Of a DNA stretch of 64,000 nt, positions 58,463 through 64,000 are shown piece after piece. The notes beneath the pieces were generated by a model that saw only the letters and a list, made by a program, of their open reading frames with translations, did not search any database and was not told where the DNA came from. Each line of letters opens with the position of its first letter. Positions within the stretch are counted from its first letter, which is position 1. The translations under genes were made by a program, and so were the position numbers. Source of the DNA: Gemmatimonadota bacterium (GTDB taxonomy: Bacteria; Gemmatimonadota; Gemmatimonadetes; Gemmatimonadales; GWC2-71-9); contig JAZDCY010000014.1 of the NCBI GenBank assembly GCA_036679645.1, positions 160,001 to 224,000 of the forward strand. Direction: 5' to 3'.

Positions 58463-59338
58463 ATGTCATCGCCCGATACCGCACACGATACGGACACTCC
58501 CCGCAAGCCACGGGATGACGAGGTAGATGTCTATGGCTTGACGCACGTCGGGAAGGTCCGGAAGACCAACCAGGACCACTTTCTCATCTGCTCACTCCGG
58601 AAACAGATCGAGATCCACAACACGAGTCTCGAGGTGGAGAAGCTCCAGACGGAAGGCGACCGGATGGCTTTTCTCGCCATGGTCGCGGACGGTGTGGGTG
58701 GCGGTACGAAAGGTGAGATGGCGAGCCGAATTGCGCTCGAGACCGTGACGCGCTACGTGACGATGAGCATGCGGGCCTACCACGAAATCGATTCGAACGA
58801 CGACCAGGCGTTCCTCGACGCACTCCAGGAAGCCGCGTGGCAGTGCCACGCGAGCGTCGTGGCCGAAGCCGAGGCGGACTCGGATCGCCGCGGCATGGCG
58901 ACCACGCTTACTCTGTGGATCGGCGTCTGGCCCCGCGCGTATCTCCTTCAGGTCGGCGACAGCCGGTTCTATATCTTCCGCGACAACGAGCTGACGCAGA
59001 TTTCACGCGACCAGACGATGGCCCAGGAGCTAGTGGATCAGGGTGTCCTGACCATGTCCGGCGCGTTCAACACCAGGTGGGCCAACGTCCTCTCGAGCTC
59101 GATTGGTGGACAACAGACCGCACCACTCGTCACACGAATGGACCAGGATTGGAACAACGTGGCGTTGCTCTGCAGCGACGGGCTCACGAAACACGTGACG
59201 GACGAGCAGATTGCAGATCGCCTGCGCTCCTGGACGACCGCAAAGGAGGTGTGCGAGACGTTGCTACAGGACGCGCTGGATGACGGTGGGACGGACAACA
59301 TCACGGTGATCGCCGGGAGGGACGTCAAGAAGGACTAA
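58463..59338 (+). CDS. PP2C family Ser/Thr phosphatase
   Basis: GKVRKTNQD, VADGVGG, GMATT, VGDSR, CSDGL, GG.DNIT. Confidence 0.95.
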   Translation: MSSPDTAHDTDTPRKPRDDEVDVYGLTHVGKVRKTNQDHFLICSLRKQIEIHNTSLEVEKLQTEGDRMAFLAMVADGVGGGTKGEMASRIALETVTRYVTMSMRAYHEIDSNDDQAFLDALQEAAWQCHASVVAEAEADSDRRGMATTLTLWIGVWPRAYLLQVGDSRFYIFRDNELTQISRDQTMAQELVDQGVLTMSGAFNTRWANVLSSSIGGQQTAPLVTRMDQDWNNVALLCSDGLTKHVTDEQIADRLRSWTTAKEVCETLLQDALDDGGTDNITVIAGRDVKKD

Positions 59339-59412
59339 CTTTTGCGCTCCGTCTCTCTGCGATTAAGTTGAACGGAGCACGGCATCAGGATTCATGATTC
59401 GCAGGGAGGCGA

Positions 59413-60210
59413 ATGCCGGCACGTCCATCCGGACAACGACGAAGGAGCGACCGTCGCCACCTTTTCGACCGGCGGTCACCGCTCCAGCGTCGATCGGCGC
59501 AAGACCGCCGCCGCGGCGAGCGGCGGGAACTGAGTCTCCGACTCGCCCAGGAGCGCCGCCTGCGACACGATCGGCGAACCGAGCACCGGCGCGAGGCAGA
59601 AGACCGGCGGGTCAATTCCCTGCGCCGTCACCTGCGCCGGCGGCGCGAGACCCCGACACCCTACACGGCCGACGAGCTGGCGATGGTCCGCGAACTCTTC
59701 TTCGTTCCAGGCCGGCGGCCAGTATGCCCAACCTGTTCCGGCACATTCTCCCTCGGCCGCCCGCGAGCCCGGGGGGAGGAGATCGTTCGCCGGGTACAGT
59801 GTACCGGCTGCGGCAAGGCCGCCATCGTGACAAACAGCCGCGCCCTACGCGTCCTGGTGATCGAACAGAAAGATTCCGTCCGGCGTGCGGTGCGTGAGAT
59901 CCTCGCCGGCGCCGGCCACGAGGTCATCGAGGCGGCCGATGCGGGCGTGGGCTTGCGTGCCTATGAAGCACGGCCGCCCGACCTCGTGTTCATCGATGTA
60001 CACGCACCGGGGCGCATGAATGCGGCGGACTTCGTGCGCAACCTCCGCAAGGCCTTTCCCGACGCGCGCGTCGTGGCGATGGCCGGCCGGCCGTCGTACG
60101 GCATGGTCGACCCCGCCATGGTGACAACCCAACTCGGCGCCATGCGCACCATCCGCATGCCGTTCTCCAAAGACGATGTCCTCCGTATCGTTGAAGAAGC
60201 CCGCCGGTAG
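59413..60210 (+). CDS. [DE]RR-repeat + zinc ribbon + atypical receiver domain protein
   Basis: Arg repeats; CPTC...CTGC; REC fold with FID but RMPF in place of KPF. Confidence 0.82.
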   Translation: MPARPSGQRRRSDRRHLFDRRSPLQRRSAQDRRRGERRELSLRLAQERRLRHDRRTEHRREAEDRRVNSLRRHLRRRRETPTPYTADELAMVRELFFVPGRRPVCPTCSGTFSLGRPRARGEEIVRRVQCTGCGKAAIVTNSRALRVLVIEQKDSVRRAVREILAGAGHEVIEAADAGVGLRAYEARPPDLVFIDVHAPGRMNAADFVRNLRKAFPDARVVAMAGRPSYGMVDPAMVTTQLGAMRTIRMPFSKDDVLRIVEEARR

Positions 60211-60229
60211 CGGTGAGAGGAGCAGCCGG

Positions 60230-61105
60230 ATGACCGAGCCGCGATCAACACCGGACCCGACAGACCGAAAGCCCCGCAACGACGAGATCGATGTCTTCGG
60301 GCTGACACATACGGGCAAGGTGCGCAAGGTAAACCAGGACCACTTCCTCATCTGCTCGTTGCAGAAGAACGTTGTCGTGCACGGGACGAGCCTCCCCACA
60401 ATAGAGGACCTCCCACTCGGCGGGGAGCGGGTCGCCTTTCTGGCCATGGTGGCCGATGGCGTCGGCGGGGGCGCCAAGGGAGAGACCGCGAGTCGTCTGG
60501 CGCTACAGGCCGTCACCCGGTACGTGGCCGACAGCCTGCGCTGTTACTACGACTCCAATGTGACGAACGACCAGGAGTTTCTCGATGCGTTGCAGAACGC
60601 GGCCATGGAAAGCCACGTGAGCGTGACGCAAGAGGCAGAGGGTCACCCGGACTATCGCGGGATGGCGACCACACTTACGGTCTGGTTGGGTATCTGGCCG
60701 CGGTCCTACCTGCTCCAAGTCGGCGACAGTCGCCTTTATTTGTTCCTAGACGGGACGTTGACCCAGATCACGCGTGACCAGACGATGGCGCAGGAGCTGG
60801 TCGACAAGGGAGTCCTGACGAGCTCAGGCGCCTTCAGCACGCGGTGGGCGAACGTGCTGTCGAGTTCCATCGGCGGCCACCAGACCGCACCGGTGGTCAC
60901 ACGGCTCGACCAGGCGTGGGGAGCGGTCGGGTTGATCTGCAGCGACGGCCTGACCAAGCACGTGTCGGACGAGCAGATCGCCGAGCGGCTCGGGAACATG
61001 ATATCCGCGAAACAGGTCTGCGAGGACCTGATTCAGGATGCCCTGGACGGAGGGGGAACCGACAACGTGACGGTCATTGTTGGTCGATCAGTCCGGAAAG
61101 ACTGA
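60230..61105 (+). CDS. PP2C family Ser/Thr phosphatase (paralog)
   Basis: Same motifs as 58463-59338; GAGGAG RBS. Confidence 0.95.
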   Translation: MTEPRSTPDPTDRKPRNDEIDVFGLTHTGKVRKVNQDHFLICSLQKNVVVHGTSLPTIEDLPLGGERVAFLAMVADGVGGGAKGETASRLALQAVTRYVADSLRCYYDSNVTNDQEFLDALQNAAMESHVSVTQEAEGHPDYRGMATTLTVWLGIWPRSYLLQVGDSRLYLFLDGTLTQITRDQTMAQELVDKGVLTSSGAFSTRWANVLSSSIGGHQTAPVVTRLDQAWGAVGLICSDGLTKHVSDEQIAERLGNMISAKQVCEDLIQDALDGGGTDNVTVIVGRSVRKD

Positions 61106-61208
61106 CGGCCACCGGGCGGGACGACACAGATCATCTGGCGCGCAACCCGCGCGCGTGGTATAACACATGCTGTATTCCACTACTACGTTAACCTTGGTAC
61201 CTCACGCT

Positions 61209-62003
61209 ATGGGTTCTGCCGTATCCGAAGAACGCCGAGTGGATGAACGGCGTCACATCGTCGACCGCCGTTCTCCCGCCTCGCGTCGCGCCGTCCGTGA
61301 TCAGCGGGCGCGACAGCGCCGGTCTGTGCACCTTCGGGTGGCACGCGATCGGCGGGGGAGCGGAGAGCGGCGTTCGTCGTATCGCCGACATCTCCCCGAT
61401 CGGCGCGGCCTGAGCCGTCGCCAAGGTGGTCGCAGGCGCGCAACACCATCACCATTCACAGTGCAGCAGGCCGCCGACATTCAGGTCAGCCACACGACGC
61501 CGGGCTCCCGCCCGAAATGTCCGGTCTGCAGCGGGACGTTCAACTTGGGCTCGCCCCGCCGCCGGGGAGACGACCTGATCCGCCAGGTCCAGTGCTCGAG
61601 CTGCCGCAAGACGACGATCGTGACCAACAGCCTCAAGGCACGCGTCATCGTGATCGCACAGCGTGAGGCCGTGCGCCAGATGATGCGCGCCGTCCTGAAC
61701 GACGCGGGACACGAGGTACTCGAAGCCGCCGATGCCAGCATCGGGTTGTGGGCGTACGGCGAAAACCCGGCGGATGTGGTCTTCATCGACGTCCTGGTTC
61801 CCGGCAGAATGGGCGCCGGGGAGTTCGTCCGGCAGCTCAGACGCGAGCACGGGGACGCAAGGGTGGTCGCGATCTCCGGCCGGCCATCGTATGGCATGGC
61901 CGATCCGCTCGTCGTGGTGAAGCAGTTGGGGGCCGCCAAGACCATCCGGATGCCGTTTTCCTCGGCAGAACTCCTCCACACACTCGAAGAAGCTCGCCCG
62001 TAG
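61209..62003 (+). CDS. [DE]RR-repeat + zinc ribbon + atypical receiver domain protein (paralog)
   Basis: Arg repeats; CPVC...CSSC; REC with FID, RMPF; TGgTATAAC extended -10-like box upstream. Confidence 0.82.
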   Translation: MGSAVSEERRVDERRHIVDRRSPASRRAVRDQRARQRRSVHLRVARDRRGSGERRSSYRRHLPDRRGLSRRQGGRRRATPSPFTVQQAADIQVSHTTPGSRPKCPVCSGTFNLGSPRRRGDDLIRQVQCSSCRKTTIVTNSLKARVIVIAQREAVRQMMRAVLNDAGHEVLEAADASIGLWAYGENPADVVFIDVLVPGRMGAGEFVRQLRREHGDARVVAISGRPSYGMADPLVVVKQLGAAKTIRMPFSSAELLHTLEEARP

Positions 62004-62084
62004 CATTCGACCGGCCGTACTGCTCCTGCCACGGCGCGAGACATTACCCGGCCAGACCTAGCCACGCTCCTTCCGCACCAAGGG

Positions 62085-63110
62085 CTAGCGCTGCGGCTCC
62101 ACCATCACCTTTAACGACTCCCCTGCATCCACGGTCATTCGGAACGCCTCGGCCGTGTCGGCGAGGCCCACCCGGTGCGTCACCATGGACGCCACGTCGA
62201 CTTTGCGTTCGGCGATCAGATCCAGTGCGGTGCGCATGTCAGCGGGAGGGCCGGCATAGGTGTGCGTCACGGTAATGCCGCGCGACCAGATCTTCTGTAG
62301 CGGGAACGGCCACGTCACTCCGGGGGCGGCCGGGGCAAAGATCATCACCATCCCGCCGAGGTCGACGCTGGCAAACGCATGCTCGATCGCGGCGAGCGCA
62401 CCGGTGCACACGATCACCAGCTCCGCGCCGCGGCCGTCCGTGGCTTCACGAATTCGCGTCGGTACGTCCTCGTCCGCGCGCACCGCCACGTCCGCGCCGA
62501 ACCGACGCGCCTGCGCAAGCCGCCACTCGCTCAGATCGGTGGCAATGACGGTACCGGCCCCGTTCGCCTTGGCAAGCTGGATCTGGAGTATGCCCGAGAT
62601 ACCGCTCCCAAGTACGGCAACGCTCAGTCCGGGTTCCATGCGGGCGAGGCGTTGTGCGCGTATGGTGCAGGCGAGCGGCTCGACGAACGAGCCCTCCTCG
62701 TAGCTCACGCCGTCCGGCAACGTGAACGTGCCATGCGAGACGTTGAGCGCCGGCAGGCGGATGTACTCCGCGAATCCGCCCGGATCGAAGCTGGTCGTGC
62801 GCAACGTCTCGCAGACGCTGTGGCGATCCGTCTCGCAGTACCGACACGCGCCGCACGGCACGTGGTGGGTGGTGCAGATCCTGTCGCCGGGTGCGAAGGC
62901 GGTGACCCCATCACCTACCTCAACGACGTCGCCGGCCACTTCATGACCCAGCACAAGCGGCGCCCGCTTCACGCGGTACCACTCCATGACATCGGAACCG
63001 CACACGCCGCTGGCCTCGATGCGCATCAGCAACTCGCCCGGCCCGATCGCGGGTCGGGGACGTTCCTCGAGGCGGATATCGCGATTGTTGTAGTAGACGG
63101 CGACGCGCAT
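62085..63110 (-). CDS. Zinc-dependent alcohol/polyol dehydrogenase
   Basis: GVCGSD, GHE, CGACRYC...C, GSGISG. Confidence 0.92.
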   Translation of the reverse strand: MRVAVYYNNRDIRLEERPRPAIGPGELLMRIEASGVCGSDVMEWYRVKRAPLVLGHEVAGDVVEVGDGVTAFAPGDRICTTHHVPCGACRYCETDRHSVCETLRTTSFDPGGFAEYIRLPALNVSHGTFTLPDGVSYEEGSFVEPLACTIRAQRLARMEPGLSVAVLGSGISGILQIQLAKANGAGTVIATDLSEWRLAQARRFGADVAVRADEDVPTRIREATDGRGAELVIVCTGALAAIEHAFASVDLGGMVMIFAPAAPGVTWPFPLQKIWSRGITVTHTYAGPPADMRTALDLIAERKVDVASMVTHRVGLADTAEAFRMTVDAGESLKVMVEPQR

Positions 63111-63116
63111 TGCGTC

Positions 63117-64000
63117 CTAGTGTAGTGTCGCCAAAGTCTTATTGGCTTTGTTCACCTTCGTCAGGATCTGGCGCGTGGTGGCGGTCCAAGCGAAGGGTTT
63201 TGGGTTTTGGTTGCGGCGGTCGATGTAGCGCGTGATGTGCTCGATGAGCTCGTTCACGTTGTGGACCGCCAACCGACGCAAGTGCCGTTCGGTCAGTTCG
63301 CTGAAGAACCGTTCGACGAGATTGAGCCAGGAGGTAGAGGTGGGGGTGAAGTGGAAATGGACCCGGTGATGGCGCGCTAACCAGGCTTTGACCTTGGGAT
63401 GTTTGTGTGTTTGGTAGTTGTCGAGGATGACGTGGATGGCCAGATGCTTGGGGACGGTCCGGACGAGCTGACGCATGAACTTCAGGAACTCTTGATGGCG
63501 GTGCCGCGGCATGCAGTCGCGGAGGATCCGGCCCGTGGCAACCTCCAGGGCGGCAAACAGGGTGGTCGTCCCATGCCGCTTATAGTCGTGCGTCATGGTT
63601 CCCGCTCGACCCCGCTTCAACGGCAGCCCCGGTTGCGTGCGATCCAGCGCTTGGATTTGGCTCTTCTCATCGAACGAGAAAACGACGGCCCGCTCGGGGG
63701 GATCAAGATACAGTCCCACCACGTCGCGCAGCTTCTCTACGAACGCCGGATCGGTCGACAACTTGAACGTCTCGACCCGGTGTGGTTGCAGCCCGTGCAC
63801 CTTCCAGATGCGAGCAATCGTGGAATGGTGCAGCCCGGTCACCTCGGCCATCAGCCGCGTACTCCAGTGCGTGGCGCGGTCGGTCGGCGGCTTGGTGTGC
63901 AGGGTCCGGTGGACAATCGCTGCTTCATCCGCCGGGCTCACGCGCTTCGGTCGGCCGGAGCGGGGCCGGTCGGTCAGCAGGCCGTCCAGCCCTTCGGCGG
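63117..64000 (-). mobile_element. IS630 family transposase (5' end outside window)
   Basis: THWSTR, DEKSQIQALDR, HDYKRHGTT, LDNY.THK, SWLN.VER; element end ACACTAG contains the stop. Confidence 0.95.

Overview
GC-rich bacterial DNA, most likely Gemmatimonadota (inferred from the expanded 'ALADRYxIERELGxGGMATVYLAEDLKH' Ser/Thr kinase family; not verified). The left ~36 kb is an accessory zone downstream of a tRNA-Lys(CTT) gene. It holds six kinase genes (one runs off the edge, one is frameshifted) sharing a short-leader promoter element, a type I restriction-modification operon interrupted by a REP-associated transposase and an MNT/HEPN pair, a Fic gene with a 20-bp-phased repeat array, a HigBA pair and several decayed genes. 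The right part holds a TonB receptor, two tRNA-Glu genes, two GGDEF genes, a galactose/GalNAc-type cluster, a UGA-recoded AhpD-like selenoprotein candidate, a duplicated PP2C phosphatase + Arg-repeat/Zn-ribbon/pseudo-receiver module and a partial IS630. Best candidates for new biology: (1) a tRNA-Leu-bodied RNA with an aberrant GGC anticodon loop and a downstream complementary strand, between direct repeats of kinase 5' sequence; (2) the [DE]RR-repeat/Zn-ribbon/pseudo-REC + PP2C module; (3) kinase 5' ends as apparent recombination points, including a second tRNA-Lys copy split at the T-loop around a kinase gene. All protein calls come from motif recognition by eye; no searches were run.
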